A stretch of 64,000 nt of DNA from Patescibacteria group bacterium (GTDB lineage: Bacteria > Patescibacteriota > Patescibacteriia > UBA11705 > DATKZF01): the NCBI GenBank assembly GCA_049319825.1, contig JBMORT010000006.1, positions 166,340 to 230,339 of the forward strand, in the 5' to 3' direction. Below the pieces are notes generated by a model, which did not search any database, had not been told where the DNA came from, and was given only the letters and a program-made list of their open reading frames with translations. Positions 26,438 through 35,986 of the stretch are shown one piece after another; position 1 is the stretch's first letter; the number at the start of each line of letters is the position of its first letter. A program made the position numbers and the translations under genes.

Positions 26438-27403
26438 ATGGCGGGACCAGGCAGAGTCAACGGCGATTTCAATGACATGTTCAAATTTTTGCCTGAAGCG
26501 ATATTGGTAATCGACCCGCAGGGAAATATTTTGGCCAGCACGTACAATCTCAATGGATTATTCGGCTACGCGTCAACAGCCAGTTTGAGCGGCATGAGCC
26601 TGTTTGATTTTGTGGCGCCGATTGAGCGGACGCAGGTGGAAATCGATTTGAATCAGGTGATTGGCGGCGAAGACGGCTGCGATCATTTGTATCTTCATGT
26701 CCGAAAAAATCAAACACTGTTTTCCGCGCGCTGGAAGGTGAGCGTCTGTCGGGACGAAACCGATGATCCGAAACTGCTGCTGATATCGATCAGAGAAAAA
26801 AGCGTTTATGCGAGTGTCGAGCAAAATAATTTGATTGAAAATGTCATTCGAGCGGTCGCGTATGTCATCGAGATGAGAGATAAATACACGGCCAGACATC
26901 AGCGACGAGTGGCGCAGCTGGCCCACCAAGTCGGCCGGATTATGGCTCTGCCGCGAAGCGAGATCGTTTTGATTCACATGGAATCGCTGATTCATGATAT
27001 CGGTAAAATTTGCGTGCCGGCGGAATATCTAAGCAAGCCGGATCGATTGACCGACGCGGAATTCGGAGTGATCAGAGCTCATCCGTCCGCGGGTCGCGAT
27101 ATTTTGGAAACCCTTGATTGCCCGGCGTCGATGATCGCGGCCGTGTTTGAGCACCATGAACGGCTCGACGGCAGCGGATACCCAAGAGGTATCGCCGGCG
27201 AACAAATTTGCGCATCGGCGAAAATATTGGCTGTCTGCGATGTGGTGGAGGCGATTTCGTCTCATCGGCCGTATCGGCCGGCGCTGGGGCTGGATCGAGC
27301 GCTCGAAGAAATCACCCAAGGTCGGGGCGTTCTGTACGAAAGCCAATTGGTCGACGCTTGCGTGGAGATATTCACCAAAAATAATTTTAAGTTTTGTCAG
27401 TAA
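26438..27403 (+). CDS. PAS-domain HD-GYP phosphodiesterase (c-di-GMP signalling)
   Basis: HD-GYP core HQRRVAQLAHQVG...HDIGK...HHERLDGSGYPRG with an N-terminal PAS-like region. I place the start at ATG 26438, preceded by AAGGAGGGGAGTGGAA. The ORF-track start at 26414 lies inside the RBS. Confidence 0.85.
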   Translation: MAGPGRVNGDFNDMFKFLPEAILVIDPQGNILASTYNLNGLFGYASTASLSGMSLFDFVAPIERTQVEIDLNQVIGGEDGCDHLYLHVRKNQTLFSARWKVSVCRDETDDPKLLLISIREKSVYASVEQNNLIENVIRAVAYVIEMRDKYTARHQRRVAQLAHQVGRIMALPRSEIVLIHMESLIHDIGKICVPAEYLSKPDRLTDAEFGVIRAHPSAGRDILETLDCPASMIAAVFEHHERLDGSGYPRGIAGEQICASAKILAVCDVVEAISSHRPYRPALGLDRALEEITQGRGVLYESQLVDACVEIFTKNNFKFCQ

Positions 27404-27410
27404 GGTTGTC

Positions 27411-27689
27411 GTGGTTGCCGAACCCGCTACGGTAGTCGATACGGATCTTTCTTTATGCGAGCAGTGCGACCGCGCATTGGTTTGCGCGGTGTGCGGTCGC
27501 CGGCTCTGCCACCCAATCGATGCGGTCAACTGTTTCGCCGCCGAACGTTACAGCAGCCTGTTCGAAAGCGAATGCGTCGATTGTTACGAATCGTATCAAG
27601 AGGCGCTTAGAAGCTGGACCTGCTTTAGCTTCGGCATTTCTCCTCGGCGGTCCGATCAAAATTTGAAACTTATAAAGCAAGATACATAA
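27411..27689 (+). CDS. possible small Cys-rich (zinc-ribbon-like) protein, GTG start
   Basis: CEQCDRALVCAVCGRRLCHPIDAVNCFAAERYSSLFESECVDCYESY has 9 Cys. TAAGG lies upstream of the GTG. It sits directly downstream of the HD-GYP gene. Uncertain. Confidence 0.3.
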   Translation: MVAEPATVVDTDLSLCEQCDRALVCAVCGRRLCHPIDAVNCFAAERYSSLFESECVDCYESYQEALRSWTCFSFGISPRRSDQNLKLIKQDT

Positions 27690-27743
27690 ATCTTGCTTTT
27701 TTAAAATTATTAATTTTTTTGATATACTGATTATAAGAATCTT

Positions 27744-28583
27744 ATGAAAAAAACAAAAATAAAAAAATGGAATTTCATTTACGTTTTGTTTCTTATCATT
27801 TTAACTTTGTTTTTGCCGTTATTGGTTTCGATTGATGTCAGCAGCATCTGGCTGATCGCGTTGGGCACTTTTTTGATGTTTATTTTCGTGCTCTGGCACG
27901 CATTGCTGAAATTCGGAGTGAAAAATTCCATGATATTTTTAGGGCTGAGCTTGATAATCAGCTTCTTGGCCGAATATTTCGGAGTCAACTGCGGGTATAT
28001 GTTCGGCGGCGGCTATCATTATGCCGATTATTTGATGCCCAAACTGCTTGGCGTGCCAGTGCTGGTGATCATCATGTGGCTGGCGATCATTTACATTTGC
28101 TACCAGCTGGCCGAGCATATTACTGATTTTAGTTTTAAAAAACAGACGCCGCTTGGCCGAAAATTTATTGTCAGCGCCGCGGCTTCTTTGCTGACCGCGC
28201 TGGCTGCGGTCGCCTGGGATCTGACCATGGATCCGCTGGCGGTTTCCGCCGGCTGGTGGACTTGGGCAGCGGATCATGCGGGATCGCGATTATTAGGAGT
28301 GCCGGTCGGCAATTTCATGGGCTGGGTGATCGTCTCTTTCGCCATCGTTTTAATTTACAAATTATTTATCGAAACAGAGACCAAGGAAAAGGAAAGCCGC
28401 TTCGAATTCGCGCCGGCGATCGCTTATGGACTTTTATGGCTGGATACCTTTGTCTGGGCGATTCAATATGATCGAAGCGATTTGGCGATTTTATCGGCCA
28501 TGGTCATGTGGCCGCTGTTACTGATCACGGTTATAAAATACTTGGTTAATAAATTCAATTTGCCGAAGCAATATAAGCGATGA
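27744..28583 (+). CDS. polytopic membrane protein, possibly DUF422 / carotenoid-biosynthesis-associated membrane protein family
   Basis: 6-7 TM helices with WDLTMDPLAVSAGWWTW and GVPVGNFMGWV motifs, which I recall as typical of PF04240-like proteins. The family assignment is tentative. Confidence 0.45.
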   Translation: MKKTKIKKWNFIYVLFLIILTLFLPLLVSIDVSSIWLIALGTFLMFIFVLWHALLKFGVKNSMIFLGLSLIISFLAEYFGVNCGYMFGGGYHYADYLMPKLLGVPVLVIIMWLAIIYICYQLAEHITDFSFKKQTPLGRKFIVSAAASLLTALAAVAWDLTMDPLAVSAGWWTWAADHAGSRLLGVPVGNFMGWVIVSFAIVLIYKLFIETETKEKESRFEFAPAIAYGLLWLDTFVWAIQYDRSDLAILSAMVMWPLLLITVIKYLVNKFNLPKQYKR

Positions 28584-28599
28584 AATTTTTTAATCCGAT

Positions 28600-29931
28600 A
28601 TGCCCAAAAAAAACAATCAAGCCTGGGTTGTCGCCGTCACTATGGGTTATGGCCATCAGCGCGCCGCCTACCCGTTGAAGGATATCGCCTGCGACCAAAT
28701 CATTACCGCCAATGATTATCCCGGTATTCCCAAAAAAGATGAAAAGGTCTGGCGCCGGAGTCGGTCTTTTTATGAATTTGTGTCGCGGCTCAAGCATATT
28801 CCCGCTTTGGGCACCAGTATTTTTAATTTTTACGATAAACATTTTCAATCAATCGATCCGTTTTATCCGCGCCGCGACTTATCCGCCGCCTCCTTTCAGC
28901 TCAAGCAGATTTATCGATTGATGGCCGGCGGCTGGGGCCGGCATCTTGTCGATTATTTGAATTGCGCCGATATTCCGATGATCACCACGTTTTTCGTGCC
29001 CGCTTTTTTTGCCGAGTTCCATCATTTTAGAAATGACATTTACGTGGTGGCCACCGATACCGATGTCTCCAGAACCTGGGCACCGCTCGAGCCGAAAAAA
29101 AGTCGGATAAAATATTTCGCGCCGACCAAAAGAGTGGTTGATCGGTTGGTAGAATACGGTATTAAAAAAGAAAATATATTTTTAACCGGTTTTCCGCTGC
29201 CCAAAGAAAATATCGATGGCCGGAACATGACCACCCTCAAGCGTTCGCTGGGTCGAAGGATCTGCAATCTTGATCCACAGAACATTTATCGTCATAAATA
29301 CTCAAATACCATCAATGACAATTTGCCGGCCGGCTGCGTGCCCAAAACCTCGAGCGCGCCCCTGACCATCACTTTCGCGGTCGGCGGCGCCGGCGCTCAG
29401 CGTGAAATCGGCGGAGCGATCGTTTGGGCACTGAAAAATAAGATAGCCAAGGGCCTGGTGAAAATAAATTTGGTGGCCGGAGTCAGAAATGAAATTTATA
29501 AATATTTTGAAGCGGTTTTAAAAAAACATCAATTGATGAGCGATAAAAGCAAGGCGAATATCATTTATTCGACAGATTTTCAGCAATACATCAAGGAATT
29601 CAATCAAGCATTGATCACCACCGATATTTTATGGACCAAGCCCAGTGAATTGTCTTTTTATTGCGGACTCGGCATTCCGATTATCATGGCTCCGCCGGTG
29701 GGCGCGCAAGAAACATTTAACCGCATGTGGCTGGCATCGATCGGCGCCGGTATGGATCAGCTCGATCCGCAGTATGCCAATCAATGGCTGTTCGACTGGC
29801 TGGATTCAGGCTGGCTGGCCGAAGCGGCCATGGAAGGTTATCTCGATGCCCATAAATTCGGTACTAAAACCATCGAGTCGATCATTTCCGGCAAGATCAA
29901 GAAGGCGGAGGAGTTGCCGCAGCTAATGTAG
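28600..29931 (+). CDS. GT-B fold glycosyltransferase (MurG / MGDG-synthase / UgtP-like, GT28-type)
   Basis: N-terminal TMGYGHQRAAYPL glycine-rich loop and a C-terminal MurG-like donor-binding region SELSFYCGLGIPIIMAPPVGAQETFN. Confidence 0.65.
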   Translation: MPKKNNQAWVVAVTMGYGHQRAAYPLKDIACDQIITANDYPGIPKKDEKVWRRSRSFYEFVSRLKHIPALGTSIFNFYDKHFQSIDPFYPRRDLSAASFQLKQIYRLMAGGWGRHLVDYLNCADIPMITTFFVPAFFAEFHHFRNDIYVVATDTDVSRTWAPLEPKKSRIKYFAPTKRVVDRLVEYGIKKENIFLTGFPLPKENIDGRNMTTLKRSLGRRICNLDPQNIYRHKYSNTINDNLPAGCVPKTSSAPLTITFAVGGAGAQREIGGAIVWALKNKIAKGLVKINLVAGVRNEIYKYFEAVLKKHQLMSDKSKANIIYSTDFQQYIKEFNQALITTDILWTKPSELSFYCGLGIPIIMAPPVGAQETFNRMWLASIGAGMDQLDPQYANQWLFDWLDSGWLAEAAMEGYLDAHKFGTKTIESIISGKIKKAEELPQLM

Positions 29932-30192
29932 GCAGTAGGCAATAGGCAGTAGGCGATAGAGTTTGTTGTATAAAAAATTTGACCATCAAATTTATGTTGG
30001 AAGCGTTTAAAAAAATGACGTTTTTAACTGTTTAAGCCGAGCGCGCGCTCGGTTTTTTTTTGAACTTGATAAAAGGCGCGGTTTTGTGTAAGATACCTTG
30101 ATTTGGCCAAGACTTCGATTTAATATGGTTAAATTCAGTGTTGGCCAAATCGGCTCGCACCTTGACAATCGATCATGGAGAGGAGTTAGGCC

Positions 30193-33100
30193 ATGAGAAG
30201 ATTGGTCGCCGGCACAGTGATCCTGCTTTTCATTATTTTGAAGAGTTCCCAGAGTTTGGCCGGTTATGATTTTATCGTTGTTGAACCAGCCGCAGCGGAA
30301 TATTCTCCCGGAGAAGAAATTACTTTCCATTTCGCATTTTACTTTATCCAAATGGGCATCACTTGCGCCACCATCAGCGGCAGTGTCTATAATGAAAGCG
30401 GCGGTCTGATCGACGCGGCCACGCAGGGGATCGCCAGCGATGGCTCGTATCATCTTTACGCGTACGCGAACGCTCCCAGTGGTTACGGAGTGCACATTTT
30501 TGAAATGATGTTTCATGTTCAGCTTTGTCCGGGATGGCAATTTTCAGACGGTAGCACCAGTATTTCTTACTCCGAGGACATTTTGATTGAGATCGCTGGT
30601 TCAGCAACCAATTCGGACGTCGAGAGCGATATTGATTTGTATGATGAAGATATTTGGGAAGAAATCGGTGACGGAGACGATGTCTTTGAGGTCGGAGAAA
30701 GAATTTGTTTTGAAATCGAGCTGGAAAACGACAGCAGTTCCGATTCGTATGACATCGATGCGGTTTACACCTACAGCAGCGGAGCTGACGTGGATTGGAA
30801 TGATGATGACTGCGGCGTTGATTTCACGTTATCGGAATTGGATGAAGATTGGGTCGATGATGATTTTTGTTTCACTGCCCGGGAGTTGGGCAGAGTCAAG
30901 GTGGAGATTTATGTGAAATTGGAAGGTGCCGCCACTTTGTATAACGTTGATTCTTTTCATATTGATATCGTCTGTCAGCCATCCTGGAGCTGCACGAACT
31001 GGTCAAGCTGCGCCAATTGCTTTCAGACGCGCGTTTGCACCGATTCGCATAATTGCGGCACGACCAGCGGTAAGCCGGCCGAATCCCAGTCTTGCGGTAT
31101 TTTTCCCAATCAGTGTGATCCGTTCGGCAGTCTCTGCGACGGCAACGTGGCCTACGACTGCTTGTACGACAGCTACAATTGCTACTATTACAAATCCAAT
31201 CAGCAGACCTGTCTTTACGGCTGCAGCTTCGGTGAATGCGCGTCCGCGACCGAATGCGCATACACAGATTGTTACTTGGATGATTTGTGGTGCCATAACA
31301 GCGCCGGCATTCGAACGTATATCGGGCAGGACTGCGGAGCACTGCAAGAAGTTGAATATGAATTCATCTGCGATGGAATCGAGCGTTGGGCAATCGCGCA
31401 TGAAACCAACAGAGGTTGTCAATCTGGTCAATGCTATGTCAGTTTGCATGACAGTTCGTATTACTTGGAAACATGTTCCCAGCAATGCGCGAATGGTCAA
31501 TGCGTAAATCCCGATTGTTTGTACACCGCTTGCCTGAATAATGATTTATGGTGCTACAATTCTGCCAATCAGCCGCAGTATCTGGCTGAAGATTGCGGCA
31601 ATGCCAGCGGCACGTCCACGATCAGCGCCGTGTACTGCTCGGAGACCGGAGATTTGGTGAAGCTGAAGAGTTACTCCACCCGCTGTTGCGCCAATGGCGC
31701 TTGCGGCTGGTGCTTTCAATATAATTACGAGCAGGTGCAGGTGGAATGCCCAGCCGGTTGCGATCCGGACACTGATCAATGTTTGGCCTGCGTGCCGGCA
31801 TTCGATTGCTATCAGGCGCAGGTTTGTTTGTCGGATGATACTCAGGAGTACCAGTGCGACGACTTGCTTTGCGGCCAGCCGTCTTACACGGAAATCAGGC
31901 CATGCCAGTATTGCGATGAAAAGTGCGCGCTGGGAGAAAGCTACTGCGCCGGAAATACGGCGTTCACTTGCGTGTCGGTCGGCGGCTGTGATACTGATTG
32001 GCAGTCCGCCTTCTGCGGTTACAGCGAAGAAATTGAGGGAGAGCCGTATTGCAGCGGAAACAATGTAATGAAAGACACTACTGCTACCGATCGCTGGTGC
32101 GCTGACGGAGCGTGCCAACAAGAAATTTCGATCAACGCTGAGGCAATCGCTGATTGCGGTGTTGATACCTCTTTTTCAACCATGCCGTATTGCTTGAACG
32201 ATGACGTTGTATTTGATGACGTCGAAATTTTCAGAGGTTGCTCGAGCGGATCATGCTATGAAGATGAAACCAGCGAATCGCAGATTTTAATGGCATGTGG
32301 CGAGGATACGACAATCAGCGGTGTTAAGTCATGCAACAGCGATGGGAACGCAACTTTTGGCGATATTCACATTGTCAGGGGTTGTGAAAACGCTCAATGC
32401 CACGAGTACCCGATTCAGGATTATTTTGCGGAATTTGTTTGCCCCTGTGGCTGTGATGACGGCGATTGTCTGCCGTGCGACGGCTGCGACTATTTAGACT
32501 GCGGAACCAGCGAGTTCCACTCAACTCTTCCTTACTGCCATCAAGGCAAGGTTGTGTTTGATAATATCAATATCGAGCGCGGCTGCGCTGATTCAGCATG
32601 TTTCGCTGTTGACAACAGCCAGTATTATCAATTGCTCGATGATTGCGGCACCGATGAAATCAATACCAATGTCGCTTTTTGCCGCGATGGTAATATCGCG
32701 GTGGGAAATTCCGGCTATATTCGAGGCTGCAGCGATGCCCAGTGCTATGAAGAATCGATTGACTATGTGGCTTTTATTATCTTGTGCGAATGCGGATGTT
32801 CCGAAGCAGCTTGCCTGCCGTGTTATGAAGCATGCGTCAGTTTGCGTTGCAATCCGGAAGACGGCAATGTCTGGTGCTATGACAGCTGGGGACAGGCGAC
32901 ATCTCTGGAAACAGATTGCGCTCAGAATGAGGTTTGCCTTGGCGGAATTGAATACGATGCCGAGTGCGTTGAACTAATTGCCCCGGTTTGTGATCAGTTT
33001 GGCGTTGGTATTGATCAAACAATCTATCGAGCAGCAGACCGTTTTCCTCTGACTCGAACATTAACCTTGGAGCTTAAGGGATTTTTTGTATATGATGTAG

Positions 33101-35655
33101 ATCATTTTGAATGGTTTATTGATGGAGGCTTAATTCCTGACATTACCTTTGTGCCAGATTACGAGTTTACTTTTAATGACTACGGACAATACGTGTATTT
33201 TGTGCGCATTGTCCATAAAGAAAATAGTTGCATAACCGAGGGCTTCATCAATATTAATGTTGTTAAGCCTTATGAGTTGTTTGACATTTTTGATCTGGAT
33301 GTTATTTTTGAAAATCAAGAGCAAGGCAAGCATATTATTTCACTTGAGCTTCCTTCCCATGATTTCGTGGTATTTAAGGTTAACGGCGGGGCAGGACCGT
33401 TTACTTTGAGCTGTTTTTACGACATGGGCAATCCTGACCCAATCGAAATTTATGCAGCGAAAGATCTAGGAAATGTCTATTATTTATTCAATCAGGGCAC
33501 GCACATCCCTTGTTATTCTGGAAACACATTGTATTTAGATGAGGGCATTTGGCATGTCCGGATTGAAACTGGGGAAGTGATAAATAATATCATCACTTTG
33601 GAATCAAGCTTTCATCTTGACCATGAGCGTTATGCAACACAAAAATACCGAAAAGGACGGTTTTATTGGGGAGCGCTTTCTGGTGTGTGTGAGAATGATT
33701 CCGATGTCTTTTGCACCACTGGAGATATTTTAAATTTGCCAGCGGGTTTTATTCCTGTAGTAGGCGATTCAATTGATGTTTTTCAGGCAATTATAAATAT
33801 GGGCATTTACGCCCAAAAGGAGCTGGATTTAAATATTATTCGGTTGAATTCTGATTCAGAAAAGCAAGAATTTTTGCAGGCCGGAGCGTTTGCCTCAATT
33901 GCCGCGCTGACTCCGTTTATCACTAACAAAATGGTCAGGTTTGTGGCTGATGGCAATTTGTTAAATCTGGTAAAAAATGAAAAAGGTACCAGAGGAGCAA
34001 TTGACTATATCAGCTATCAGCAAGTGGCTGCCAGAGGAAGCTTGAGAATTGACAATAATGAGTTTCATCAGGATATTTTATCAAGCGAATACAATTCGTT
34101 CTCCCTGAAATTAAAAACATTTTCTGACGGAGTTGATCCGCTGTTCAAATTTGATGAAAGCTTAAAAGAAATTATGGATGAAATTGATGAGGCTGTTATT
34201 GATGTAAAACAACAAATTAAAAACAGCAATGACTTGCCAAGGATCCAGGAACACATTTTGCAGGAGTTTGGTGAAGAAGTGGACATTGATCATGTTCCAG
34301 CCACTGATTTAATCAGATATTATGATACAGATCCTGAACTAACACTTTCAGGAACTTTAAGCGAAGATGTTGCATATATCAGAGAAGGCATTGCCTCGCT
34401 TTTTGCCAGGGCAACTGCTAATCAAGCTGACATGATATTAAAGCCAGCTGGAGCTTTTGAGCGGATTGACAATGTTTATGTGCTTTTTCCCTCTAAATCA
34501 AATCTTAATCAGGTATTTCCATTGCAGGTAGGCATTAAAACGCCTTATGACCCGGTAATCGTAAGAAAAGAACATGCCGGCAGATACATTGATCTTGAAA
34601 CAGGATTTGTATATGTGGAAGGCATTAATACCTTTATTACAAAAGAGATTGATTTTGTTGCAGAGATTGAAGGCACGAATGAAATAATTGCTTTTGAATT
34701 CAAATGGGGGCGTTCAGATGATAAACAGGCAGCAAGAACTTTTGCGACTTTAAAGAAGTTATTCCCTGATAAAAAGATAAATGTAATAAACAATGCTAAT
34801 TTAAGAGATCCCACATTAACTGGAAACAGATTATGGGCAGAATCAAATATTGATTCTGATTATGTGATATATACAAATGATCCGAGTTCAATCACTCCCA
34901 CCGCAGACTTTCAAATAAATACGCCCTTTGAAATTTTCTGCGAGAATGGGCAAAATCTTGTGCCGATTCGGATTACAGCCACCAAACTGATCGACAGCTT
35001 GTGGTGCGTTAATCAGGAGAGTCAACAGCGGTACGATCAGTTTTACGAAAAAGAAGGGGAATATGTGTTGGCGGTCGCGCCAGCCGATCCGTACGGGATG
35101 GTCGCGTACAGCTGCCAAGCCACCAGCGCCGACGGCGATCAAGCGTCGGACGTGGTCACATTAATCGGATCGAAAATTCATATTCCTGAAGATGAAGACG
35201 CCAATCACAGGTTTGTCATGGCGATCGCCCCGCGATTTCCGTTAGCCGGGGAAAAAATCGAGATTGAGATTTACTCGCTCGATAAAAGCTGTTTAACCGA
35301 TGTCGATTGTCAGATTAGCGGCGCCGCTATCAGCGATAAAAGAATGAAAGTCAGACTTAAAGTGGATGATATCGAATTTCAGCATGATGGCCAGGTCACT
35401 TATGACTTCTTGGATTGCCGCGAGTATGATTTCATGTTCAATATGATCAAATCCGGACCGAATATTGTTTCCTGCACCGGCCGGTTCCTGGACGGATATT
35501 CGTTGACGCTGGAAGAAGAGGTGAATGTTCCTGTCGATCAAATCCAGCGTGTTCATAAAAGTTCTTGCCAAGTCGGGCAAGGCGTTGGCCAGCCGCTCTG
35601 GCTGACCTTGCTGGCGCTGTGGCTTTTGCCCCGGCGCCGAAAGTCCAAAATCTAA
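30193..35655 (+). CDS. giant (1820 aa) secreted Cys-rich repeat protein with C-terminal sorting-signal-like tail
   Basis: Signal peptide MRRLVAGTVILLFIILKSSQSLAG. There is an acidic region, about 700 aa of tandem Cys-rich modules (recurring ...CG.D....C......RGC..AQC...), a Cys-poor aromatic-rich region and a C-terminal tail ...CQVGQGVGQPLWLTLLALWLLPRRRKSKI. A strong RBS GGAGAGGAG precedes it and terminator 35664-35691 follows it. Confidence 0.85.
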   Translation: MRRLVAGTVILLFIILKSSQSLAGYDFIVVEPAAAEYSPGEEITFHFAFYFIQMGITCATISGSVYNESGGLIDAATQGIASDGSYHLYAYANAPSGYGVHIFEMMFHVQLCPGWQFSDGSTSISYSEDILIEIAGSATNSDVESDIDLYDEDIWEEIGDGDDVFEVGERICFEIELENDSSSDSYDIDAVYTYSSGADVDWNDDDCGVDFTLSELDEDWVDDDFCFTARELGRVKVEIYVKLEGAATLYNVDSFHIDIVCQPSWSCTNWSSCANCFQTRVCTDSHNCGTTSGKPAESQSCGIFPNQCDPFGSLCDGNVAYDCLYDSYNCYYYKSNQQTCLYGCSFGECASATECAYTDCYLDDLWCHNSAGIRTYIGQDCGALQEVEYEFICDGIERWAIAHETNRGCQSGQCYVSLHDSSYYLETCSQQCANGQCVNPDCLYTACLNNDLWCYNSANQPQYLAEDCGNASGTSTISAVYCSETGDLVKLKSYSTRCCANGACGWCFQYNYEQVQVECPAGCDPDTDQCLACVPAFDCYQAQVCLSDDTQEYQCDDLLCGQPSYTEIRPCQYCDEKCALGESYCAGNTAFTCVSVGGCDTDWQSAFCGYSEEIEGEPYCSGNNVMKDTTATDRWCADGACQQEISINAEAIADCGVDTSFSTMPYCLNDDVVFDDVEIFRGCSSGSCYEDETSESQILMACGEDTTISGVKSCNSDGNATFGDIHIVRGCENAQCHEYPIQDYFAEFVCPCGCDDGDCLPCDGCDYLDCGTSEFHSTLPYCHQGKVVFDNINIERGCADSACFAVDNSQYYQLLDDCGTDEINTNVAFCRDGNIAVGNSGYIRGCSDAQCYEESIDYVAFIILCECGCSEAACLPCYEACVSLRCNPEDGNVWCYDSWGQATSLETDCAQNEVCLGGIEYDAECVELIAPVCDQFGVGIDQTIYRAADRFPLTRTLTLELKGFFVYDVDHFEWFIDGGLIPDITFVPDYEFTFNDYGQYVYFVRIVHKENSCITEGFININVVKPYELFDIFDLDVIFENQEQGKHIISLELPSHDFVVFKVNGGAGPFTLSCFYDMGNPDPIEIYAAKDLGNVYYLFNQGTHIPCYSGNTLYLDEGIWHVRIETGEVINNIITLESSFHLDHERYATQKYRKGRFYWGALSGVCENDSDVFCTTGDILNLPAGFIPVVGDSIDVFQAIINMGIYAQKELDLNIIRLNSDSEKQEFLQAGAFASIAALTPFITNKMVRFVADGNLLNLVKNEKGTRGAIDYISYQQVAARGSLRIDNNEFHQDILSSEYNSFSLKLKTFSDGVDPLFKFDESLKEIMDEIDEAVIDVKQQIKNSNDLPRIQEHILQEFGEEVDIDHVPATDLIRYYDTDPELTLSGTLSEDVAYIREGIASLFARATANQADMILKPAGAFERIDNVYVLFPSKSNLNQVFPLQVGIKTPYDPVIVRKEHAGRYIDLETGFVYVEGINTFITKEIDFVAEIEGTNEIIAFEFKWGRSDDKQAARTFATLKKLFPDKKINVINNANLRDPTLTGNRLWAESNIDSDYVIYTNDPSSITPTADFQINTPFEIFCENGQNLVPIRITATKLIDSLWCVNQESQQRYDQFYEKEGEYVLAVAPADPYGMVAYSCQATSADGDQASDVVTLIGSKIHIPEDEDANHRFVMAIAPRFPLAGEKIEIEIYSLDKSCLTDVDCQISGAAISDKRMKVRLKVDDIEFQHDGQVTYDFLDCREYDFMFNMIKSGPNIVSCTGRFLDGYSLTLEEEVNVPVDQIQRVHKSSCQVGQGVGQPLWLTLLALWLLPRRRKSKI

Positions 35656-35663
35656 AGTAACTT

Positions 35664-35691
35664 AACCAAGAATCATATTCTTGGTTTTTTA
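35664..35691 (+). terminator. rho-independent terminator after the giant Cys-rich gene
   Basis: Hairpin AACCAAGAAT-CAT-ATTCTTGGTT followed by TTTTTTATT. Confidence 0.6.
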
Positions 35692-35986
35692 TTAAAATTT
35701 TTCACCCCCAGTGTCAGGCGAGAGGAGCTAGCTTGTGCATTTTTCCAATTTCGCCTTGCGGCGATCCCGACAGGTCGGGACAAAAGTTTTTTGGGGGGGG
35801 GCTTCAAATGCGTGGCGACGATTGCGTTTATGCATCGCGCGTCGGGCAATGAAGCCCACCCAAACCCCCTTTGCTGCCCCCGAGCGTAGCATTCGTCAAT
35901 ATGCAATGTCTTGCAAGATAACAACCGCCGGCATTGCTGGTGGGTTTCATTGTTTTTTTTGTTCCTTTTCCTTATAATAATGGTAT

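Noticed and set aside
27029-27689. ORFs 27029..27529(-), 27147..27689(+, full length) and 27453..27680(-) overlapping the 3' half of the HD-GYP gene.
   Set aside because: The HD-GYP frame carries all the conserved motifs. Only the portion of the plus-strand ORF downstream of the HD-GYP stop (27411 onward) was kept, as a low-confidence Cys-rich ORF.
30007-35580. Many 60-190-aa ORFs on both strands inside the 1820-aa gene (e.g. 30926..31507, 31003..31500-, 31546..32121-, 32552..32977).
   Set aside because: They lie entirely within a long, well-supported ORF with signal peptide and repeats. The alternate-frame ORFs arise from the elevated GC and Cys-codon periodicity of that region.
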